From an uncultured bacterium (GTDB taxonomy: Bacteria; JAGRBM01; JAHCIT01): DNA of 64,000 nt. The position numbers were made by a program, and so were the translations under genes. Below the pieces are notes generated by a model. It was not told where the DNA came from. It was given only the letters and a program-made list of their open reading frames with translations, and made no database searches. This document shows, in pieces, positions 1-9,192 of this stretch. The stretch covers positions 128,997 through 192,996 of the forward strand of contig CAZMGV010000006.1 in assembly GCA_964565925.1 (NCBI GenBank), given 5' to 3'. How positions within the stretch are numbered: position 1 is the stretch's first letter; each line of letters starts with the position of its first letter.

Positions 1-285
1 TTCGAAGGGCTCCCGCTGGCGCTGCTCGAGGCGCTCTCCAGCGGCCTGCCGGCGGTGGTCACCGGGATACCGGCCTTTACGACGCTGGGACTGGGCAAGC
101 CGGTCCGCTGTCTGGACGAAAGCTCCGACGAGATCGCGCTCGTTACCGACGCCTCCGACGTGCTGGCCGGGCTGATTGTGAATTCGGACGAACGTAAATG
201 GATGGGATCGCTCGCCCGGGAAGAGACCCTGAAGCGGTTCGATATCGCCGCGTGGGTCCGTGTCCACGAAAATCTCTACAGCTGA
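1..285 (+). CDS. Glycosyltransferase family 1, C-terminal fragment (5' end outside window)
   Basis: Frame 1 is open from base 1 and translates FEGLPLALLEALSSGLPAVVTG..., which resembles the conserved C-terminal motif region of GT1/GT4 enzymes. Stop at 283-285. Confidence 0.55.
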   Translation, partial: FEGLPLALLEALSSGLPAVVTGIPAFTTLGLGKPVRCLDESSDEIALVTDASDVLAGLIVNSDERKWMGSLAREETLKRFDIAAWVRVHENLYS

Positions 286-328
286 TTTCTGCGGGTTCCG
301 CCCCGGCTTTGCGGTCAGGGTTTGCCGG

Positions 329-1012
329 TCAGGGCTTGTCGGTCTGCACCGGAGCGTCGGTTTTCTGGCTGTCCGGACAGTCGCTCACGCTGCCGTCGTC
401 GTCGAACACGGCCACGCAGGTCTCCCGGGAGACCGGCTTCAGCTGGGCCGGCGGTGTTTCTTCGCCCAGGATTTTCCCGATGACGGTCAGCATCTGCTGC
501 TCGCGGTAGCCGATCGACGCACTGTCTCCGGCGCCCTTGATCTGCTGGACCGGCACGACGTCGATGAGCACCGGCTTGGGCTGGTCGGAATAGGGGACGA
601 TCCGGAGCGCCGGAATAGAGATCTGCTCGCGCACGTAGACGTGAACCCGGGTCTTGCCCGAGGCGGTTTTCGTGCAGGTCAGATGGACCGTGTAGGCCGA
701 GTGTGCGGGGTGCCTGAGATCCGGTTTCGAGTCGGTCCAGCCGACCCGGAAGACGTTGAGACTGTCGGCGTTCACGGGCTGTGTGCGGACAAAACAGGCC
801 GCCTTGTCGGTGAACGCGACGGGCAGCGTCTCGGTGGCGACGAGCATCGCCTGCCAGACCGCGTCCGGCTGGGCGGCGAACTCCCGGTCGGCGGCCCACA
901 GCCCGCGGTCGTATTCGGCGTACGACCGGATGTAGTTGGAGCATCCGGCGGACCCGGCAAGCGCGACGGAAAGCGTGGCGGCGAGGAGCAGGGATCGGAT
1001 CGGGTTCGGCAT
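329..1012 (-). CDS. Putative lipoprotein (hypothetical)
   Basis: 227-aa ORF. N-terminal signal peptide with lipobox (LAGSAGC). It is the last gene of the HK-RR operon on the minus strand. Confidence 0.5.
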   Translation of the reverse strand: MPNPIRSLLLAATLSVALAGSAGCSNYIRSYAEYDRGLWAADREFAAQPDAVWQAMLVATETLPVAFTDKAACFVRTQPVNADSLNVFRVGWTDSKPDLRHPAHSAYTVHLTCTKTASGKTRVHVYVREQISIPALRIVPYSDQPKPVLIDVVPVQQIKGAGDSASIGYREQQMLTVIGKILGEETPPAQLKPVSRETCVAVFDDDGSVSDCPDSQKTDAPVQTDKP

Positions 1013-1046
1013 GGCTGTCTCCGTAAGGTTCGTTCCGTCTGGGGGA

Positions 1047-2435
1047 TCAGGCGCTCTTCAGGATTCCGTACTCTTTGAGCTTGCGCCACAGGGTGTTGCG
1101 GCCGATCCCGAGCCGCCTGGCCGTCTCCACCTGGTTGTGGTCGCACGCGTTGTAGGCATTCAAGATATGGGCCCGTTCCGCGTCGGCGAGCGGCACCACC
1201 TGCTCGGGCGACTCGGCCGACGGGATCACGCCGCTGCGGTCCCGGGGCGTCACCGGTTCGCCGTCGTCATCCACGTCGACGCCGATCTCGGAGGGCAGGT
1301 CGGTCAGATGGAGTATGTCCGAGTCGGACAGCACGGCCGCATGGCGGATCGCGTTCTCAAGCTCGCGGATGTTGCCCGGCCACGAATAGCCCACGAGCGC
1401 TTCCAGCGCGTCTTCCGAAATCGCCGCCTGCGGGGACTTGCGTTCCCTGAGCCAGAACTGCTGGGCGAGCTGGCGGACGTCGTCCCGCCGTTCGCGAAGC
1501 GACGGCAGCATGATCTCGATCACCCGGAGCCGGTAGTAAAGATCCTCGCGAAACCGGCCCTCCGTCACCATGGTTTTCAGGTTCTGGTGGGTGGCCGCGA
1601 TCAGCCGCGCGTCCACCTTGATCGTGCGGTTGTCGCCCACGCGGCGGATCTCGTGTTCCTGCAGTACGCGCAGCAGTTTCACCTGCAGCGGCAGCGGCAT
1701 GTCACCGATCTCGTCCAGGAAAATGGTCCCCTTGTCGGCTTCCTCGAACAACCCCTTCTTCGTGGTGACGGCGCCGGTGAAGGCGCCCTTCACGTGGCCG
1801 AACAGCTCGCTCTCGATCAGCTCCGCCGGCACGGCGCCGCAGTTGATCGGAACGAAGGGGAACTCGGCCCGCGAGGAGTTGGCGTGAATCGCCCGGGCGA
1901 ACAGTTCCTTTCCGGTGCCCGAATCGCCCAGCAGCAGCACCGCCTCCTGCGACCCGGAGACGCGCTGGGCCAGGTCGATCGCCTTCTTCATGGGCGCCGA
2001 GCTGCCGATGATATGCTCGAACCCCTTGCGCAGACCCACCTGGTTCTTGAGACGCGTCACCTGAGTGAGCAGCGAGTGACGGTTCAAGGCCAGGTTCACG
2101 ACCTTGTTCAGGTCTTCGGGCTTCACGGGCTTCGTGAGAAAATCGAACGCCCCCATCTTCATCGCCTCGACGGCGAGCCCGATCGTCCCTTCGCCGGTCA
2201 GCAGGATCACTTCGACCGGGTATTTCTGTTCTTCCACCTTTTTGAGCACGTCGAGCCCCGTGAGCGGCTCCATGCGGTAGTCGGTGACGACGACTTCCGG
2301 CACCTGCTCCTCGATCACCCTGAGCGCGGCCTCGCCGTCGGAGGCGGTCGTGACGTCATGACCCGCCTTTTTCAGGAAGATGGTGAGCGCGAGCAGACTC
2401 GACGGCTCGTCGTCTACGAGGAGAATGTGGGCCAC
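1047..2435 (-). CDS. Sigma-54-dependent response regulator (NtrC family: REC + AAA+ sigma-54 activator + Fis-type HTH)
   Basis: N-terminal receiver (LLVDDE...TDYRMEP), GDSGTGKE Walker A, GAFTGA motif, ESELFGH, and a C-terminal HTH ([19 protein letters not shown]). Confidence 0.9.
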   Translation of the reverse strand: MAHILLVDDEPSSLLALTIFLKKAGHDVTTASDGEAALRVIEEQVPEVVVTDYRMEPLTGLDVLKKVEEQKYPVEVILLTGEGTIGLAVEAMKMGAFDFLTKPVKPEDLNKVVNLALNRHSLLTQVTRLKNQVGLRKGFEHIIGSSAPMKKAIDLAQRVSGSQEAVLLLGDSGTGKELFARAIHANSSRAEFPFVPINCGAVPAELIESELFGHVKGAFTGAVTTKKGLFEEADKGTIFLDEIGDMPLPLQVKLLRVLQEHEIRRVGDNRTIKVDARLIAATHQNLKTMVTEGRFREDLYYRLRVIEIMLPSLRERRDDVRQLAQQFWLRERKSPQAAISEDALEALVGYSWPGNIRELENAIRHAAVLSDSDILHLTDLPSEIGVDVDDDGEPVTPRDRSGVIPSAESPEQVVPLADAERAHILNAYNACDHNQVETARRLGIGRNTLWRKLKEYGILKSA

Positions 2436-2436
2436 T

Positions 2437-4572
<2,136 letters not shown>

Positions 4573-4704
4573 TATACCCGTGTACGGCCCCCGTTTGAAA
4601 CTCCCCGATTTGGCGCACCGGAGCTGTTCCAGGGTGGGGCATTGCTCGATTCTGGAGCCCCGGTAGCCACGTATAAGTTACTGATTTTACAGGGATTTAA
4701 AGAA

Positions 4705-4720
4705 TGGCACATCATTTGTA
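4705..4720 (+). promoter_or_regulatory. Possible sigma-54 (-24/-12) promoter for lipoprotein gene 4785-5327
   Basis: TGGCAC-N5-TTGTA is a near match to TGGCAC-N5-TTGCW, with the -12 GC replaced by GT. It lies in the AT-rich divergent intergenic region next to the NtrC-type regulator operon. Confidence 0.3.
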
Positions 4721-4784
4721 ATACAAGAATGCAGTTACAGCCCACGGCCCAACAGAGGGCCTTTAGAGAAGGGGGCAGGAAATT

Positions 4785-5327
4785 ATGAAAACGCTCAAGA
4801 TCACAAGCTGGATTGCAGGTGGAATGATGGCAGCGGCCATGACCGGATGCGCAGGCCCGGTGCTGATCGGCACGATGGTGGCCCCGACGGTCGCCTCGGT
4901 GAGTGCGGTGGCGATGGCCGCCGAAACCGGCCGCGTCGCCTCGCAGACCAAATGGTACGACGGCAACGACCTCGACACGAACCCGGAAGCGGTCCGCCTG
5001 GCGAAGCTCGAAGACGCCGCCCGCGACATCGAGGCCCGCACCGGCATCAAGGTCAGCCCGGTTGAAGTCGACGTGCTGACGAAACTCTACGAAGCCCGCA
5101 GCGCGGACCTGGGCACCTTCGCCAGGGACCGCCGCCTGACCCGCGCCCAGATCGACGACGCCGTGAAGACGCTGCGCGAAAAAGGACTGGTCAGCGTTGT
5201 GAACAAGCCCGGCCGCGCCGGTGGCTACGAAGTGACCGGCACGATGAAGTTCGCCGGCCTGGGCAACCCGCTGGAACTGGGCCGCGAAGAGACCCCGCCG
5301 GTCTACGCAATGAACGAGACGCGCTGA
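4785..5327 (+). CDS. Putative lipoprotein (hypothetical)
   Basis: 180-aa ORF with signal peptide and lipobox (AMTGCAG). A GGGGGCAGG RBS lies 6 nt upstream. Confidence 0.5.
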   Translation: MKTLKITSWIAGGMMAAAMTGCAGPVLIGTMVAPTVASVSAVAMAAETGRVASQTKWYDGNDLDTNPEAVRLAKLEDAARDIEARTGIKVSPVEVDVLTKLYEARSADLGTFARDRRLTRAQIDDAVKTLREKGLVSVVNKPGRAGGYEVTGTMKFAGLGNPLELGREETPPVYAMNETR

Positions 5328-5371
5328 ACGGCACGCACTGAATAACCGCTTTCCTTCCTCCCCCTTTCCCC

Positions 5372-5407
5372 TGAAGCCCCCGGCGCAACGACCGGGGGCT
5401 TCGCTTT
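5372..5407 (+). terminator. Rho-independent terminator-like hairpin followed by T-run
   Basis: GCCCCCGGCGCAACGACCGGGGGC stem-loop followed by TTCGCTTTT, downstream of the lipoprotein gene. Confidence 0.5.
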
Positions 5408-5548
5408 TGGGGGCGGAAAACCAGATGAAGTGCTCGCGTGGTGTCACCCCGAGCGAAGCCGAGGGGTCTCCTGATTAGAAAAGAGACCCCTCCGCTACGC
5501 GCTGTCGCGCTCCGGTCGGGGTGACATGAATGTATTTTACAGAGCCGC

Positions 5549-6214
5549 TTACCTGAACGGATTTTCCTTCAGCGCCGCCTCGGCCTGCCGTTTCACGGCC
5601 GGATCGGCTGAGTCCAGTGCCGAGAGGTTCTCCGGCAGTTTCTCCAGGTAGCCGATCCCGTGTTTCAGTTTCGCCAGCGATTTTTCGGCGGCGGCGATCT
5701 CCGTAGCCGAGTGATTGTTCTTTTTGCGGGCCTCGTCGATGGATTTCTGGGTCTGATCCGCGCGCGCCCGGTACACCTTCAGGAAGTAGTCGCGCTTTTT
5801 GAGCAGCAGCTCCTGCTGCGCCCGCGGAAGTTGGGGAAGCTCAGGAGTTTTCACGTCCACGGACGGAACGTCTGGCAGGGAAGGCAGCGCGTCTTGCAGC
5901 TCCCGTACGCCGCTCTCGACGCTGGCGGGCACCGGCCCCAGCGCCTTGCGGACGCCCTTCTCGGCCTCGGTCCAGTCGATATCGTCGGCGCCCCACGCGT
6001 CCCAGATGAGCCGCGTCTCGGGGTGTTTCCACGGAGCGTATTTCGTCACCAGCCGGCGGCTCCACTCCGGCGCCCGGTCGCCGAGGCGCCAGTAGAGCAG
6101 CGCCGCACCGCCCAGCAGCACCAGACAGACGACGGTCACGTAGAACCGGATCCGCCAGAACCACTCGAAGAAGCCTTTTGGGTTGCCGGCTTTTTTAGGA
6201 GAGCGGGGAGGCAT
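5549..6214 (-). CDS. Membrane-anchored hypothetical protein (N-terminal TM helix, coiled-coil-like C-terminus)
   Basis: Starts at the internal ATG (MPPRSPKK...). The longer ORF upstream of it lacks support and would overlap the radical SAM gene. TM segment FYVTVVCLVLLGGAALLYW. The gene follows the radical SAM gene by about 20 nt on the same strand. Confidence 0.5.
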   Translation of the reverse strand: MPPRSPKKAGNPKGFFEWFWRIRFYVTVVCLVLLGGAALLYWRLGDRAPEWSRRLVTKYAPWKHPETRLIWDAWGADDIDWTEAEKGVRKALGPVPASVESGVRELQDALPSLPDVPSVDVKTPELPQLPRAQQELLLKKRDYFLKVYRARADQTQKSIDEARKKNNHSATEIAAAEKSLAKLKHGIGYLEKLPENLSALDSADPAVKRQAEAALKENPFR

Positions 6215-6234
6215 GAATGGAGCGTAACACGTTC

Positions 6235-7356
6235 TTACGCGCTCAACTGCTTGCCGTACGCGGGCGCCTTCACCGGCACGAGACCGCCGGACCAGAAGCC
6301 CGGCACGGGTTTTTTGCACGACGGGCAGGAGCCGTCCCCGCCCAGGCGGTTCTCCAGCACCCTGAAGCCGGTGCGCCGGATGACCGTCTCGCCGCAGTGG
6401 TGGCAGCGGGTGTCCTCCCAGCTGCCGACCTTGCCGGGCAGGTTGCCCGGGTAGATGTATTTGAGGCCCGCCTGCACGGCGATCTCCGCCGCGCGGATCA
6501 GGTGCCTGGGACCGGTGTAGCTGTGGTCCTGCATTTTGTAGTCGGGATGATACGCCGTCACATGCCACGGGATGAGCGGCGAGACGCTGGCAATAAAATT
6601 AGTCAGCCCTTTCAGCTCTTCGTCCGAATCGTTCCAGCCGGGTACCAGCAGCGTGACGATCTCGACCCAGAACCCCCGGTCGACGAGGTTCTGGATCGTT
6701 TCCAGAATCGGGTCGAGCTTCGCGCCGAGCTGGCGGTAGTTCTCCTGCGAAAAGGCTTTGAGGTCCACCTTGTAGATGTCGCAGTGGGGTTTCAGGAAAT
6801 CCAGCACCTCGGGCGTCGCGTTGCCGTTCGACACGAACCCGGTGGCGAGGCCTTTCTTGCGGGCGGCCTTGAACACATCCACGGCCCATTCGGCCGTGAT
6901 CAGCGGTTCGTTGTAGGTGGAGACGACGATCTTCGACCCCTCGCGGACCGCGAGATTGGCGATAATGTCCGGCGTGACCTCTTCGGGCACGATGCCGGCG
7001 ACCGGGTCGCGCAGCGCCTGGGACGTCACCCAGTTCTGGCAGTAGCCGCACTTGAGGTCGCAGCCCAGCATGCCGAACGACAGGGCCTTTGCGCCGGGGA
7101 ATGCGTGGAAGTAAGGCTTCTTCTCGATCGGGTCGTTCTGGATCCCGGCCGAGTAGCCGTAGGGCACATGGAGCTTGCCGCCCTCCATGAACCGCACCTT
7201 GCAGACGCCGTTCATGCCTTCTTTCAGGATGCACCGGTGGCCGCAGGCGAGACACCGCAGCCGGTCGTGGCTCTCCGGCCGGACCAGCGTGGAGTCCGGG
7301 CGGGAAAGCCGCTTCAGCGTCTGTTCAAGGGTCTCTGGTGTAGTGGACGGTCCCAT
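6235..7356 (-). CDS. Radical SAM enzyme, AmmeMemoRadiSam-system type (PFL-activase-like)
   Basis: N-terminal Cys cluster (CLACGHRC...GVCKVR), the DPIEKKPYFHAFPG motif characteristic of this family, and radical-SAM CxxxCxxC (GCDLKCGYCQNW). Confidence 0.85.
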   Translation of the reverse strand: MGPSTTPETLEQTLKRLSRPDSTLVRPESHDRLRCLACGHRCILKEGMNGVCKVRFMEGGKLHVPYGYSAGIQNDPIEKKPYFHAFPGAKALSFGMLGCDLKCGYCQNWVTSQALRDPVAGIVPEEVTPDIIANLAVREGSKIVVSTYNEPLITAEWAVDVFKAARKKGLATGFVSNGNATPEVLDFLKPHCDIYKVDLKAFSQENYRQLGAKLDPILETIQNLVDRGFWVEIVTLLVPGWNDSDEELKGLTNFIASVSPLIPWHVTAYHPDYKMQDHSYTGPRHLIRAAEIAVQAGLKYIYPGNLPGKVGSWEDTRCHHCGETVIRRTGFRVLENRLGGDGSCPSCKKPVPGFWSGGLVPVKAPAYGKQLSA

Positions 7357-7448
7357 AGCCCTTTGAGAATAACCATCTTCGGGGCGGGGGGAAGGGAAAT
7401 CTGAACGGGGTTAATGTGGAGGGAGATTTGCGATGAAACTGGTACGAC

Positions 7449-8222
7449 TTAATTTCCGTTCGGCACCCTCGCCGCACTCCAGGTCCCGCGGCGCAGTCCG
7501 GGGGCGAGGGTGATCCAGGTCCCGGCGAGCAGGGCCGAATCATCGTTCAGGGTGGCTTCGATGGTTCCCGCAAAGCCGTCGCCGGTCCGCGCGCGCCACA
7601 GATAACCCGTGGATCCGCCGGTATGAGCGATATTAGCCGGCTCGCCGAACACCGGCACCGACTGTCGCGGTCCGCCGAAAACACCGTGAAGAGTTCCGTC
7701 GGCGGCAATGACGACGCCGATCACACCGGCGGAATCCCCGTCGACCGCTCCCAGGTATACCGAACTGCCGGTGACGGACGCACCGCTCAAGGCACCGGAG
7801 CGCAAAATTTCGGGGTGCTTTCCGGCGGCGGCATTGTCGCTGATCTCTCCGGTAACGATTCCGGCGGACGTAATCTCGCCGGTGGCCGATATCTGCGAAC
7901 CGTCAGCCGTCAATACGAACGATCGTCCGGCGGCGGTACCGGAAAGGCGGTAACTGGTCTCTTCGCCGGATGGGGAGCGGGCCGTCAGGGTGCCCGAAAG
8001 AATACCGTCCGCGCCGACGTCGAACGATCCGCTCGCCAGAGACCAGTCTCCGTCCGGACCGCCCAGGCTGGACCGGCCCGAAAGAGTTGCCACGAATGCG
8101 TAAGAGGCCGGGGCGGAACCGGCAGGGAGGTCCGCCCGGGCCGAAATCGCGAAAAGGGCAAACAGGAGCGCCAGACCGGCTCCCGGGAGCGTAATCGGCC
8201 GCCGGATTTTTGCTCTCCCCAT
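7449..8222 (-). CDS. Secreted Gly/Ser/Thr-rich hypothetical protein
   Basis: Starts at the internal Met with a classic signal peptide (MGRAKIRRPITLPGAGLALLFALFAISARA). Low-complexity G/S/T/A-rich mature region. Confidence 0.5.
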   Translation of the reverse strand: MGRAKIRRPITLPGAGLALLFALFAISARADLPAGSAPASYAFVATLSGRSSLGGPDGDWSLASGSFDVGADGILSGTLTARSPSGEETSYRLSGTAAGRSFVLTADGSQISATGEITSAGIVTGEISDNAAAGKHPEILRSGALSGASVTGSSVYLGAVDGDSAGVIGVVIAADGTLHGVFGGPRQSVPVFGEPANIAHTGGSTGYLWRARTGDGFAGTIEATLNDDSALLAGTWITLAPGLRRGTWSAARVPNGN

Positions 8223-8361
8223 CGCGAACTCCCGAATCCTGTTTCCCAAAAGAGTATCACCGTCTCCGAAACCGGCGTGTGATACGTCTCCCGCAGGGCG
8301 ACAAAAAACGGGCGGCCCGAGAGCCGCCCGTTTGATGTTGAACAATCCGGCGCGCGGTTAT

Positions 8362-8412
8362 TTCTTCGCGGCCTTCGCCTTCTTTTCCCCAAGCCTTTCG
8401 GCGATGGCGGCC
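8362..8412. repeat. 51-bp direct repeat, copy A (duplicate of ppdK 3' end)
   Basis: TTCTTCGCGGCCTTCGCCTTCTTTTCCCCAAGCCTTTCGGCGATGGCGGCC is identical to 9197-9247. On the minus strand it reads ...AAIAERLGEKKAKAAKK-stop, the ppdK C-terminus. Confidence 0.85.
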
Positions 8413-8413
8413 C

Positions 8414-8810
8414 TCACCGCCCGGCAAATGCTTTGAGCCGTGCAGCGATCTCCGCCTTGTCGGAGAGGCGTCCCTCAGCCACGGCAATGGTGAGGTCGTA
8501 CAGTTCGTCGTCGGAAGCCGACAGACGGATTCCGTTCAATCCCAGAAAAACAGTTGCACAGAGGAGTCCCGCCCGTTTGTTGCCATCCACGAACGGGTGG
8601 TTCTTTACGATGTGAAACAGGTAGGCCGCGGCCATCAGGTACAGGTCGCCATGGACGTATTCGCCACCGAAGGAAGCCTCGGGCTGCGCCAGCGCGGATT
8701 CGAGCAGCCCACGGTCGCGGATGCCGTCAGCGCCGCCGAACCGGGAAAGCTGCCGGGCATGAAGCCTGAGGGCGAGATCGAGGCTGATGAAGCGGAAGTT
8801 CAACGGGCAA
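8414..8810 (-). CDS. doc: Type II toxin, Doc/Fic (death-on-curing) family
   Basis: HPFVDGNKRAG Fic/Doc motif. N-terminus ...ISLDLALRLHARQLSRFGGADGIRDRGLLESALAQP is typical of Doc. Probable TTG start overlaps the antitoxin stop. Confidence 0.8.
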
Positions 8811-9033
8811 GTTTTTTGAAAGCCGATTCGTGCCGGTCCATGATTTCGTCGGCGATCTTGAGCGCCTCGTCTTCCATGGACTGCTGCCGCTGAACGACGA
8901 TCAGACGGCCGCCGGTTTCCTCGACGTCCAGAGCGGTTCCGGGTTTGGCATTGAGGGCGTCGAGCACCGGACCTGTCAGCATGACTGCCGGGCCTTCCCG
9001 AGTCTCGATGATTTTCGCCTTGATCGTCGCCAT
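8800..9033 (-). CDS. Antitoxin, AbrB/MazE/Phd-like (SpoVT-AbrB fold)
   Basis: 77-aa ORF immediately upstream of and overlapping the Doc toxin, in the same orientation. Small acidic C-terminus typical of antitoxins. Confidence 0.65.
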   Translation of the reverse strand: MATIKAKIIETREGPAVMLTGPVLDALNAKPGTALDVEETGGRLIVVQRQQSMEDEALKIADEIMDRHESAFKKLAR

Positions 9034-9192
9034 GGTCCGCTCCGGAGCCTCTGCTCCCGTAACAGCAAGAATAGCACAACCGGGCGGGAGAGGGATATGG
9101 GCAGTATGGCCTGGCCGGAACAGCCGGACTGGCCCGCCCCGGCAGGGGCGGAGGTTAGTCCAGACGCTTGCGGCGCGTCCGTTCCGCGTTTT

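Noticed and set aside
8257-8487. Short ORFs beginning MGKRRRRPRR at both repeat copies (7985-8392 and 8976-9227)
   Set aside because: They are the same 51-bp repeat read in an alternative frame on the minus strand, not independent genes.
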